Below are positions 10,601 to 19,260 of a stretch of DNA of 36,874 bases, piece after piece. Under the pieces are notes generated by a model. It saw nothing but the letters and a program-made list of their open reading frames with translations. It made no database searches and was not told where the DNA came from. Made by a program: the position numbers and the translations under genes. Within the stretch, counting starts at the first letter, position 1; each line of letters begins with the position of its first letter. The stretch spans positions 1 through 36,874 of IMG/VR virus record IMGVR_UViG_3300031802_000005, one strand, 5' to 3'. Source of the stretch: a virus (lineage: Duplodnaviria; Caudoviricetes).

Positions 10601-13600
10601 TCATTGTATATCTTCGGTTATCAATTTTTTCTACTTCAACCTCATCTGGATTTAAAGTATATGATGGTATGTGTAATGTTGCAAGATGTAAATGCCCATC
10701 TAAATTTCCTGGTTTTAAAGGATTTAAATCTGAAGCACCTTGTAATGCTTTTAATTCACCATCTTTAGTAATGAAAATTTTATCAATACGTTTTAAATAA
10801 TATTCCATATCAGCAGTTATGTCTCCATTAAATTCTACAACATCAACCGTTGAAGCACCAGCACCATCATAAGCTCTATCAGAATTACCACTATTAATAG
10901 TTGAAGCGTCATCTACTCTAGGTCTAAAATCTAAACAATCTCTTAACTGATATATTTTACTAGTTGTATCGGAAGTATAACTTGGAATATCTTCATAGTT
11001 AACAACACCAGAATAGGAATCTACATCAAAGTAATCTCCAGAACCGTGAGAGTAATAATCAAACTTAACAAATAATTGTCCAGTTGGAACTAATGATCCT
11101 GTTTTTAATTTAATTCTTCCAATGTCATAGAAGTTATCTCTTTGTCCTGTATCTAATTCAAATCTATTTGTAATATCCGTATCACCTGAATTTGCAGCTG
11201 AACCAAAACCAGCTGACATATAAACATTTTCTAATTTATAAACATCCGCTTTTCCTAATCCAATGACACCAGATTCAATAATTAGTTGGTCTGAAATATT
11301 AACCGTTGTATCATCATTTGCTGATTTTGTTTTTGAACCTGCAACCGTTCTAGCAAGTGTTGCTAATATTTTAACTTTATGTCCAGCAAAGTTTGCACCA
11401 AAATCAAAAGTTAAAGATTTTCCTGTAGGTGAACCGCCTAATACAAAAATAGCGTCACTTTCGTGGTTATTACCTCTGGTGTTTAATGTATCTCCAACAA
11501 CACCTGTAGCACCACCACCTGTTGACATAACTGATATAGAAAAGTCTCCATCATCTTGGGAAGCAAAAATTTCATTTGTACCTGCAGTAATAGATAAATC
11601 TCCATTTGAAGATAACGTTCCTGTAAATTGCCGTCTAACATTAAAGTTAGTATCAGTTAAATTTGAATTTGTTGTTGTCTTTAAAGTTTTAACCGTTTTA
11701 TAAGGCAATTCAAACAAAGCAATATTACTTTCAGGATTTTGTAATTTACTTCTTTGTCTTGTTGCAATTGCCGCTACTGATACATCCGAACCACCAACGT
11801 TAGCAGTTAATTCTACTTCGTTATTAGATATAACTCTTTGTACTAAACCTGTTGTAGTTGTATTTACATCATCTAACCAAGTAATTGAATCTCCTGGTCT
11901 TAATTCTGATATAAATTTAGTTCCATTTCCATATAAAGTTGAAGATGAATTTGAAATTGAAACATTACCACTTAATTGAGTACTGCCTCCATAAGAAATT
12001 GATAATGAAGTATCAGCAGTATAAGTTGGACTTCCTGCCATACCAATTTGTTTTGTTTGAGCAAATTCTTTATTTTGAACTCCAGTACTACCATATAAAT
12101 CTGCTTTTACAACAGCTGAACTATTTGATGTTTGTCCTGTAATTGTTTCTGTAGCAGCAAATACTCCTTCAACACTAGATAATATTACCGTACCTGTTGT
12201 AGCTGTTCCACCAGAAGTATAACTTCCATAACCAGATCCATCTATTGTTGCACCAGTTGAAGAATGCAAACTTAAAGTATTAGCATCCACTACTTTAACA
12301 TAATAAGTGTTACCATTTAATTCTGTCATACCAACTACACCAGCAATAGTAACAGCGTCACCGTCTTTAATTTCGTGACCAGTTGCTGTTATAACTACTG
12401 GATCAGCTTGTGTTGCAGCTGAAATTGTTGCTGAAGTTCCAGATGAAATTGCCTGTACATAACCAGTTGCACCAGAAAGTGATCCTGATACAATTTCTCC
12501 AGTTGTAAATGTTGTATCATTTGAAATTTTAAGATGAGTAAACATTTCAACATCAAAGATATAATGTTTCCAAATTGAAGTTTGGTCTAAAATATCTAAA
12601 GATTCTGTTGAATTTAATAATTCAAATCCTCGTGATTTAGCTCTTCCAATTCCTGGAGTAGCATTACCAGATGTTGATTGTTCAACACCACGAACAGCTG
12701 TTGCTGTGTCGTATAAATTAATTGTTTTAAATGCTTCAACGTCACCAGAAACAAAATTAATATCTGGTGTTCCATATACATTATCTACATAAACAAAATT
12801 TTTAATATCAAATCTTGTTTTATGATTATTTTGTGTATCAAAATCTCTTGCCTTATCAACATCTAACCAAGTTGTTCCAATTCTTACTGCCTCAAAACCT
12901 CTTACATATGATTTGAAAGGTGCAATACCAATTGCTAACATTGATGTTGTTGCTGTGCCCCCATCCGATGTGGTTGCACCATCGGTATAAATTCCTCTAT
13001 TATTTCCTAACTCTACTGATTCTCTTACATCAAAATCAGGTTCATCAACTGTATAGTCACCAGACTCGTCAAATGTTCTACGAGCAAGTGTTTCTTCTAA
13101 TACAGCGTATTGGCTATTTCTAACGTGAACTTTTATTTGACCATCTTGAACACGAGCAATTTCTATAAAATTGGTATCGTCTGTAGCACCTAAAATTTTC
13201 TTTGTAAGTGTTAATAAAATTTTAAATCTGTGAGCACCTGGAGCATTATAATTTGTAGAACCAGCTGCATTATCATTTAAAGCAGCGTCATCAGCAGCAG
13301 ACGTAAAACTTTCTGCTACCGATAATCCTATTCTATATGAAGGTGTGTTTGTATATTTGTCTAATACTAAAGTTGAAGCAGCTACATTTACAAAATATCC
13401 ATTAATATAATAAACACCATCAGAAATACCAGCCGCTGAACCTATATGTGTTGAAGCCACAACAGCAGTTGGATTACCATCAGCACTTGAAGTAATTGTT
13501 TCTGTATCTGTAAATACTGTAGAAACTTTATCTGTTCCTGTCTTATCGTATTTTATGAATAGTGTATCTGGATCAGTACCATCTGTAGCAGAAACGCTTA

Positions 13601-13919
13601 TACATTGTGCAACTACTCCTGAAGTTCCTCCAGTTAAAGTTGTACTATTATAATCGTTTATGTTTGAAGCTGATTTAGATGTTAATTTTATTGATGTATA
13701 ATAAGTGTCAATAGCTAATTGTCCAGGAATAACAGATGAACCACTTTTAAATACGTGGTCACCAAATTGCTCAATCTGATTCTGTACTATAGTTTGTGAT
13801 TGTGTTAGTTCCCTTGCTTGAACAGCAAACGCTGGTCTGAATAATATCCGATGATAATTATTCGTTTTTGAATAATCATCATAATAGGGACTGACATTAA
13901 AATCTATTGGACTTGGCAT
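7668..13919 (-). CDS. VrlC-like / DUF4815 large virion structural protein
   Basis: FNVSPYYDDY...YHRILFRPAFAVQARELTQ, APGAHR, LARRTFDESGDY, RFKNGFVVDNF, DPLAQSF and C-terminal PPRLKDLRAIALA are characteristic of this marine T4-like family. Confidence 0.85.
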   Translation of the reverse strand: MPSPIDFNVSPYYDDYSKTNNYHRILFRPAFAVQARELTQSQTIVQNQIEQFGDHVFKSGSSVIPGQLAIDTYYTSIKLTSKSASNINDYNSTTLTGGTSGVVAQCISVSATDGTDPDTLFIKYDKTGTDKVSTVFTDTETITSSADGNPTAVVASTHIGSAAGISDGVYYINGYFVNVAASTLVLDKYTNTPSYRIGLSVAESFTSAADDAALNDNAAGSTNYNAPGAHRFKILLTLTKKILGATDDTNFIEIARVQDGQIKVHVRNSQYAVLEETLARRTFDESGDYTVDEPDFDVRESVELGNNRGIYTDGATTSDGGTATTSMLAIGIAPFKSYVRGFEAVRIGTTWLDVDKARDFDTQNNHKTRFDIKNFVYVDNVYGTPDINFVSGDVEAFKTINLYDTATAVRGVEQSTSGNATPGIGRAKSRGFELLNSTESLDILDQTSIWKHYIFDVEMFTHLKISNDTTFTTGEIVSGSLSGATGYVQAISSGTSATISAATQADPVVITATGHEIKDGDAVTIAGVVGMTELNGNTYYVKVVDANTLSLHSSTGATIDGSGYGSYTSGGTATTGTVILSSVEGVFAATETITGQTSNSSAVVKADLYGSTGVQNKEFAQTKQIGMAGSPTYTADTSLSISYGGSTQLSGNVSISNSSSTLYGNGTKFISELRPGDSITWLDDVNTTTTGLVQRVISNNEVELTANVGGSDVSVAAIATRQRSKLQNPESNIALFELPYKTVKTLKTTTNSNLTDTNFNVRRQFTGTLSSNGDLSITAGTNEIFASQDDGDFSISVMSTGGGATGVVGDTLNTRGNNHESDAIFVLGGSPTGKSLTFDFGANFAGHKVKILATLARTVAGSKTKSANDDTTVNISDQLIIESGVIGLGKADVYKLENVYMSAGFGSAANSGDTDITNRFELDTGQRDNFYDIGRIKLKTGSLVPTGQLFVKFDYYSHGSGDYFDVDSYSGVVNYEDIPSYTSDTTSKIYQLRDCLDFRPRVDDASTINSGNSDRAYDGAGASTVDVVEFNGDITADMEYYLKRIDKIFITKDGELKALQGASDLNPLKPGNLDGHLHLATLHIPSYTLNPDEVEVEKIDNRRYTMRDIGHLERRISNVEYYTSLSLLEANAQSMQIQDADGLDRFKNGFVVDNFTGHNIGDVRNFDYKCAMDMERGEVRTMFNQDAAALEEVDGDGSVILAADRTAANYTKTGDLISLPYTETSVIQNPYATKTENLNPFLIFTWIGTAELTPAVDEWRETERVPEITVDLAGSFDQLARDLGIENSGDLTEIPLGTAWNEWQTNWTGNPRSWTEGRTQVSQTDSIQTRGGIRTSVIPRTVTHSLGDRVVSVNFVPFIRSRNVTFEGYGLRPNTRVFPFFDNVSVALYATPDGGSLGGNLNTNANGYVKGVFAIPDPNVDANPRWRTGRRVFRLTSSSTNTMDRTALATTAEADYNAKGLLNTMQGVNISTRETETVREAVNETRQITNTSRFTPAPPNRDPLAQSFMIDSANGCFITSVDAYFATKSNTIPVKAEIRNMVNGYPGTQVLPFGRKWLNPSSVNTSTDGTTATTFTFPSPVYLKEETEYCLVLYTDSQDYTAYVSRLGGTQIGSDRTVSEQPGGGVLFKSANNRTWNAEQMEDLTFNLKKAVFTTGTYAMVTLANADLPVKTLKNNPIRTFNGSSDIRVYHKSHGMHSETDNVTIAGVASGTYNGYDHSEINGTYTSIKNITLDSYDLLVPGGPATATGDVGGNTVTATQNRQFDVLQLQLGHVIHPGTSLTTGIRTTTGKSVDGAESQFALAGASSEKSITMGDNVYFTAPQMIASTINQTNEMSSLTNYKSMLVNSTLYSTNANLSPVIDTQRLNAFCISNRLNQPTVSSTDTFTGDGTLVDFTLGATPSSVHLVSVKKDGKKLTPVVDFTTSGTTLTMGIAPVLNSKVVAKISNKVDFEDDTSISGLSSAGAYMTRSVSLANPSTALDVRVGASVRSTSTIKFLYRLSGGEETRRLADIPWTYFNTDGSPDTSITPSVGDTVLDDDFKEYQFSVDSLPEFTSFQVKCVMNGLVSSYPPRLKDLRAIALAV

Positions 13920-13929
13920 TTAATTCTCC

Positions 13930-15390
13930 CTAAAATTCTATAATCAATTTGATATTCTCGGTTTGGTCCGCAGCTCTTGTAATTGGCGCTCTGTTTTCAA
14001 CATAAACTATATCTCCAGAGCCGTGGTCAATTTCTGAACTTGAATATCCATTTGAAAATGTTTGATTGTTAACTGTACCTGATGTTGTATCAGGTGTAAC
14101 TGTTGCACTTGAAGATTGTCCAGTTATAACATTTGTACCACTAAAAGCTGTTTGATTTCCGTTACTATCTATCCCCTCATCATTGTGTCTTGTTTGTATA
14201 AAATATAAAATTTTATTAGTAGAGTCCCATTCAATTACTTTTCCAACTGCACCAGTTGAAGCTTGATTTATTTCTTCATCAACTGTAAATGTTCCTACTG
14301 ATACTGAACCAACAGTAGCCGTTGTTGCTCTTAACGTAGCAGCAGTAGCAGCAACTCCACTTGATTTAGGGTCTCTTATTAATGATACTTTTCTAAAATC
14401 ATTTGCAACTGTAACATCACCAGAATTACCTGATTCTGTTCCTTCTAAACTTGTATTTAACATAACAAAAAATCCACCTAACTCTTCAACTGCATTAAAT
14501 CCGTGTCCACCTATTGGTTCTAAAATAACATCTAATTCCGAAGTAATTAATGCTCCGCCACCAGCTGAATTAATATCTGCAATTCTAATATAAGCAAAAG
14601 TATATCCAGTGCCTGGAGTTGTTACGGTTACTGCTGTAATTGCACCAGATGTAATAGTTACCGAACAAACACCACCTGATCCATCACCTCTTATAGGAAC
14701 ACTTGCGTGTGTGCCATCTGTTCCAGCTGAACCTGGAGTTTTAATTTTAATTACATTAATTGCACCATCAACTGCCGCTGAACTTACTGTTGAATCTGTT
14801 GCAACTGCCATAAAATCTACAGATAAAAAATCTGCTTGCATTGAAGCAGTTAAAGTGTACATATATTTCCACTTATAACCGTCAGCAGTTAATTGAATAG
14901 TTGTTGATGTTCCAGTAGGTTCTACTGTAGAAGTAGCATTGTTATTATTATCTAAACATTTATAAACATTTCTTTGTGATGTTAATATATAAAACGTTGC
15001 GTCATATAAATTTGTAGCACCACTATTAGTAGTTGAAGTTGTTGTTGTGCCTGTTGTATAGTCACCAATATCGTGTCTGTAATAATCATAAACTGTGCCA
15101 GTTGTCCAATTTCTTCTAGGAATTACAAAGCCAACATTTGTACTTGTAACTTTTTTAACCGCCAACAAATCATCATAAGTATAATTTTGTGTATTAACAT
15201 TATCTGTAGGTGTTACAGGTAATAAATCTGTTCCTTCGTTATTTGTTCTACCATCACCTCTTGTAGAAGTAGTAAATTCTTGTGGTCTACCAATTCCTAA
15301 ATAAAAAGTATTTCCAGAGGCTTCACTAAAAGCTTCTTGGAATTGTTCACTATTGTGAACTCTAAATTTATTTGTTATAATTGCTGGCAT
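13930..15390 (-). CDS. Baseplate wedge subunit gp8
   Basis: FYLGIGRP, IPRRNWTTGTVYDYY, VYKCLDN, DGYKWKYMYT, SGDIVYVENRAPITRAADQTENIKLIIEF. Confidence 0.9.
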   Translation of the reverse strand: MPAIITNKFRVHNSEQFQEAFSEASGNTFYLGIGRPQEFTTSTRGDGRTNNEGTDLLPVTPTDNVNTQNYTYDDLLAVKKVTSTNVGFVIPRRNWTTGTVYDYYRHDIGDYTTGTTTTSTTNSGATNLYDATFYILTSQRNVYKCLDNNNNATSTVEPTGTSTTIQLTADGYKWKYMYTLTASMQADFLSVDFMAVATDSTVSSAAVDGAINVIKIKTPGSAGTDGTHASVPIRGDGSGGVCSVTITSGAITAVTVTTPGTGYTFAYIRIADINSAGGGALITSELDVILEPIGGHGFNAVEELGGFFVMLNTSLEGTESGNSGDVTVANDFRKVSLIRDPKSSGVAATAATLRATTATVGSVSVGTFTVDEEINQASTGAVGKVIEWDSTNKILYFIQTRHNDEGIDSNGNQTAFSGTNVITGQSSSATVTPDTTSGTVNNQTFSNGYSSSEIDHGSGDIVYVENRAPITRAADQTENIKLIIEF

Positions 15391-15407
15391 TTATTTTCCT
15401 TTTCTAA

Positions 15408-15415
15408 TATTTATA
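15408..15415 (-). promoter_or_regulatory. T4-type late promoter TATAAATA upstream of gp8
   Basis: Exact consensus 17 nt upstream of the ATG, with AAAGGA RBS between. Confidence 0.8.
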
Positions 15416-15425
15416 ATACTTTTTA

Positions 15426-16625
15426 CTATGTTATACTGATTGTTCCGTTTAAAGCAGCGTGAGCTGTACATTGATAATATAGAGTTGCTGGAGCATCCAT
15501 TTGAACGTGTAATATAATTGCACCAGTACTACCAGCATTATTAGTAACTCCATCATTATATACTGTGCCACCTGTACCTGTTGTTGATTGTATTCTAAAT
15601 GGGTGGGAACCACCAGCATTGTTAATAAAGTAATAAGTTTGACCTTTTTTCAAATGTAAATCAGGATTATCACCACTCGTACTTGCAAAACCAGCTCCTG
15701 TAAATAAGAAACCAGTTCCCGATTCAGTAACCAATAATTGAGAAATTGGTGTTTGTGCTTGTGCCCAAATTGTACCATTGTAAGATAATGTATCACCTGC
15801 TACTGGTGATAAATCAGTAAGGCTTATTAATTCTTTCCAACCTGTAGCAGTTGCTATATATGGTTTACCTGTATCTTCATCTAAAGCAGGAGTACCTGAA
15901 TAGGTTGTATTACTTGGAAAACTAGCAAAATCTGCGTGATTAAATCTTATAGATGAAGCTGAAGCATTAGCTGTAAATTGAGCAAAACCTGAAATTGATA
16001 ATCCACTTACTGTCGTAGCAGCAGAACCTAACGCAACATTTGTATAACCTAATGTTACATAATCATTTGCTAATTGTGTATTTAAAATGTTAGCATTAGC
16101 GTCTAGGTCTGTACCTGTAATTCCAGTAATTGCAATTGATAGTGTATCTCCAGTTACCGTTGTTTCAACTCCACTTCCACCTACAATTCCTAAAGTTTCA
16201 CCTAAACCAACTTGTGTAACAGTTGAAGAGTTGTCAGTAATAGATATTGGTTGAAATGTATTTGTAGGTGATGTTAAATTTTTATTTGTAAATACTTCTG
16301 TACCTGCTAATGTAGAAACAGATGAACCTGCTTTTTCTATTGTATTATCTGCTAAATCAATTGTTTTGTTTGTAAGAGTAGTAGTAGATGTGGCTGTAAC
16401 AACTGTAGCGTCAACAGAAAGAGTTAAATCATTACCAACTAAATTTTCGCCAATACCAGTACCACCTATTACATTACGGAATAGAGCACTGTTTATAGTA
16501 CTACCGTCACCTATAGCTGTATAAATTTCATCAAAATTATCATTGATTATATCTCCACCCTCACGCAAATTAGTACCTGTGCCGTCATTTGCTATTGTTC
16601 CTATTAAAATTGATTGTTTTGCCAT
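15426..16625 (-). CDS. gp9/gp10-like baseplate-attached protein with C-terminal cupredoxin-like domain
   Basis: N-terminal KQSILIGTIANDGTGTNLREGGDIINDNFDEIY matches the T4 gp9/gp10 N-terminus. C-terminal HPF...LYYQCTAH. Confidence 0.75.
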   Translation of the reverse strand: MAKQSILIGTIANDGTGTNLREGGDIINDNFDEIYTAIGDGSTINSALFRNVIGGTGIGENLVGNDLTLSVDATVVTATSTTTLTNKTIDLADNTIEKAGSSVSTLAGTEVFTNKNLTSPTNTFQPISITDNSSTVTQVGLGETLGIVGGSGVETTVTGDTLSIAITGITGTDLDANANILNTQLANDYVTLGYTNVALGSAATTVSGLSISGFAQFTANASASSIRFNHADFASFPSNTTYSGTPALDEDTGKPYIATATGWKELISLTDLSPVAGDTLSYNGTIWAQAQTPISQLLVTESGTGFLFTGAGFASTSGDNPDLHLKKGQTYYFINNAGGSHPFRIQSTTGTGGTVYNDGVTNNAGSTGAIILHVQMDAPATLYYQCTAHAALNGTISIT

Positions 16626-16647
16626 TTGTTCCTTTAAATTACTTTAC

Positions 16648-16655
16648 TATTTATA
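16648..16655 (-). promoter_or_regulatory. T4-type late promoter TATAAATA
   Basis: Exact consensus in the intergenic gap, followed by AAAGGA RBS. Confidence 0.8.
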
Positions 16656-16659
16656 AAGA

Positions 16660-19254
16660 TTATGTTGAAGCATTATCAAAAGTTGTTGAAGTAGAACTAA
16701 ATTCCGCTATTGTATTACTAAATAAACTTCTAGCATATGTAATAGATGATGGCATAGTAAAATTCATTTTAACAGTCTTACCATCTTCGTGAGAAGTCAT
16801 TAAGAAAATTCCAGGTCTTCCATTTAAACTAGAATTTGTCCCAAATACTGTTAAATTTTCTAACGTTTGAAATGTAATTCCGTGACCAGCAGTTGAGGCA
16901 CCAAATATAGTATTTGCCCATTTATTAAGATTGCCCCACCTAGGACCTGCATATGCGTATCCTCGTTTAACAAAAACACCATCAATATATGACCTCTTTC
17001 TACTTGTATAATCTATTGTAAGACCTGGTCTTATTAATGTAACATCTCTTTGATTATCAGCAAAGTGTTCAATTGAATCGTCTGGTAGATATATTGTTCC
17101 ACCTTCGTGAGCATTTGCTCTTAAAGTTGTTCCATCATCTACTGTTCCTAATCTTCGTGCAAAAATTGTAGAGAATAGAGTATTAAGAATTGCAAATATT
17201 GGTATTTCAACTTCTTCTTTACCAGAAACAGCACCAACAATTGGTAATGTTCCTCTAGCGTCTATTCTTGAAGCAACATCTACTTGACCAGTAAAATAAA
17301 ATCCTGCTGTATGCATTGTCTTTTTAAATGCGTCCCGCCATACTGAAATTGAACTAGCAACTTTTAATACATAAGAAAAATCTTGATAGTATTTACTATC
17401 TTGTATTCTCATTGTTGTTTCAGAAAGCTTACCATCTTCATTAATAAATTTACCATCCGTATCTGCAACTGAAACAACATTAATTGAAGCAATAGTAGCA
17501 TCAATTTTTTTAATAATTCCTGTACTACCTAATTGTGATGTTACCGTATCACCAACAGCAAAAGTACCAGTAACATTTTTAATTCTTACTAATCCTTTAT
17601 CATTATCAAACCTATCTGTTATTCCATTTCCACCACTAGAACTAGTAACAGTATTATTTGGATTAAATGATCCTACAATATCTGTCATAATACAACTATT
17701 ATAAAATCCTAATTGTGGTGGTGTAGGCGCTAATTCATATTTCTTTCCTAATTCAATTGTTTTTAATTTTGCAATTCTACCAATTTCATCTCCCCACGCT
17801 TTTACAATTGCTGCTGTACCTGTATTTGAGGTTACAGTAACACCTGGTAATGTAGAATACCTTGAACCATTTTGTATTAAAAATATATCTTCAATTGTTC
17901 CAATATTTTCACCACTTTCTTGCATAATAACATCACCAAAATATTGGTCATTTAACATTATGCCTTTTTCTAACTTTATTTTATCTCCTGTATCATCTTC
18001 ATTACTAATACCACCATTAACAATTTTTACAAACCCTTTCGCATTTAATCCACCTGTGCCAGTATTATCAAAATTTAAAACATCTCCAACTTGATAATTC
18101 GTTCCTTTATTATCAATTATAATATCTGTGATTCCACCTGTACCAATTTCATCAATAGCAAATACAGCACCAGTACCACCTGCAACAAGTGAAAGAATAT
18201 CAGCTGTAGTATTTAATGTACCATCATTTGTAATTACTTTTGTTCCTGGAATTCCTGTTATATCCGCTTTAATATACCAATCGTCTGTATCAGAAGCAGT
18301 ACCTTGTACTTGTTCTCCAACTAGAAATGTGCCTTGAATAGAATCATTATTTAATATAAATTCGGAAACTGTATCTATACCAATTTGATACGTTGCAACA
18401 TTTTCAACAACTGCATAGGCACCACTAATAGAACCTGTAATTGTTCTTCCAACTAATTGTGTTATATTGCCTATATCTGGAAGTAATCTTAAAACTTTTA
18501 ATGTATCAAATTTACCATCTGATACTCTTAATAATTGCTCTCTAGGATAAAATGTTTGTGCTTCTTCATTAAACAATATTCTAAAAAATATTTCGTGTCC
18601 TTTATTTGTACCTTTAGAACGATAAAGTGAATTAACATTTTTAATAAGACTTCTTTTATTAACATCATTTGCTAATGTATCTGGTAATGTTGCAAGAAAC
18701 TCATCTCTAAAATTTGATAAAAAATCATTAATTACATTATCTGGATCCCTAAAGTTAACTAGGTCGGCAATATTATTTACAGGATTTGGTCTATAACTGT
18801 CTATAGTTGCATATGCATTTGAAGTTCCACCTACAACTATTTCTCCTTTTATAAATTTATTTTGAGCAGATATGAATAAACGACCACTATCTAAATCTTC
18901 TGTTAAAACTGTTGCTATTGCGTTAGATGTTTGACCTGTTATAATTTCTCCACGAGCAAATTTTCCATATTCAGTACCAGAGTAAGTTTCAAAAATAATT
19001 TTATCACCTATGTCTAGTGGTGTTCTTGCAGTACCTATAGCACTAGAATCCAAAACTAAATTATTTGCTTGTGCTGTTTCTGTTTCTAATAAAATACCTT
19101 CTGTAGATTTAACAGAAGTTACTGATAATTCAGCAGACTCTAATAATTGGTAATAGACTTTAAGAAATTCGGCAAACTTTGGATGTTCACTAACTACAAA
19201 TTCAGGTAGTTGACTAGAAAGTATTGTTGAAATTTTATCATTAAACTTTGCCAT
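16660..19254 (-). CDS. Baseplate wedge initiator gp7-like
   Basis: SQLPEFV...FAEFLKVYY, LYRSKGT..IFFRILFNE, RIQDSKYYQDFSYVLK..HTAG. Located between gp6 and gp8. Confidence 0.75.
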   Translation of the reverse strand: MAKFNDKISTILSSQLPEFVVSEHPKFAEFLKVYYQLLESAELSVTSVKSTEGILLETETAQANNLVLDSSAIGTARTPLDIGDKIIFETYSGTEYGKFARGEIITGQTSNAIATVLTEDLDSGRLFISAQNKFIKGEIVVGGTSNAYATIDSYRPNPVNNIADLVNFRDPDNVINDFLSNFRDEFLATLPDTLANDVNKRSLIKNVNSLYRSKGTNKGHEIFFRILFNEEAQTFYPREQLLRVSDGKFDTLKVLRLLPDIGNITQLVGRTITGSISGAYAVVENVATYQIGIDTVSEFILNNDSIQGTFLVGEQVQGTASDTDDWYIKADITGIPGTKVITNDGTLNTTADILSLVAGGTGAVFAIDEIGTGGITDIIIDNKGTNYQVGDVLNFDNTGTGGLNAKGFVKIVNGGISNEDDTGDKIKLEKGIMLNDQYFGDVIMQESGENIGTIEDIFLIQNGSRYSTLPGVTVTSNTGTAAIVKAWGDEIGRIAKLKTIELGKKYELAPTPPQLGFYNSCIMTDIVGSFNPNNTVTSSSGGNGITDRFDNDKGLVRIKNVTGTFAVGDTVTSQLGSTGIIKKIDATIASINVVSVADTDGKFINEDGKLSETTMRIQDSKYYQDFSYVLKVASSISVWRDAFKKTMHTAGFYFTGQVDVASRIDARGTLPIVGAVSGKEEVEIPIFAILNTLFSTIFARRLGTVDDGTTLRANAHEGGTIYLPDDSIEHFADNQRDVTLIRPGLTIDYTSRKRSYIDGVFVKRGYAYAGPRWGNLNKWANTIFGASTAGHGITFQTLENLTVFGTNSSLNGRPGIFLMTSHEDGKTVKMNFTMPSSITYARSLFSNTIAEFSSTSTTFDNAST

Positions 19255-19260
19255 TTGTCA

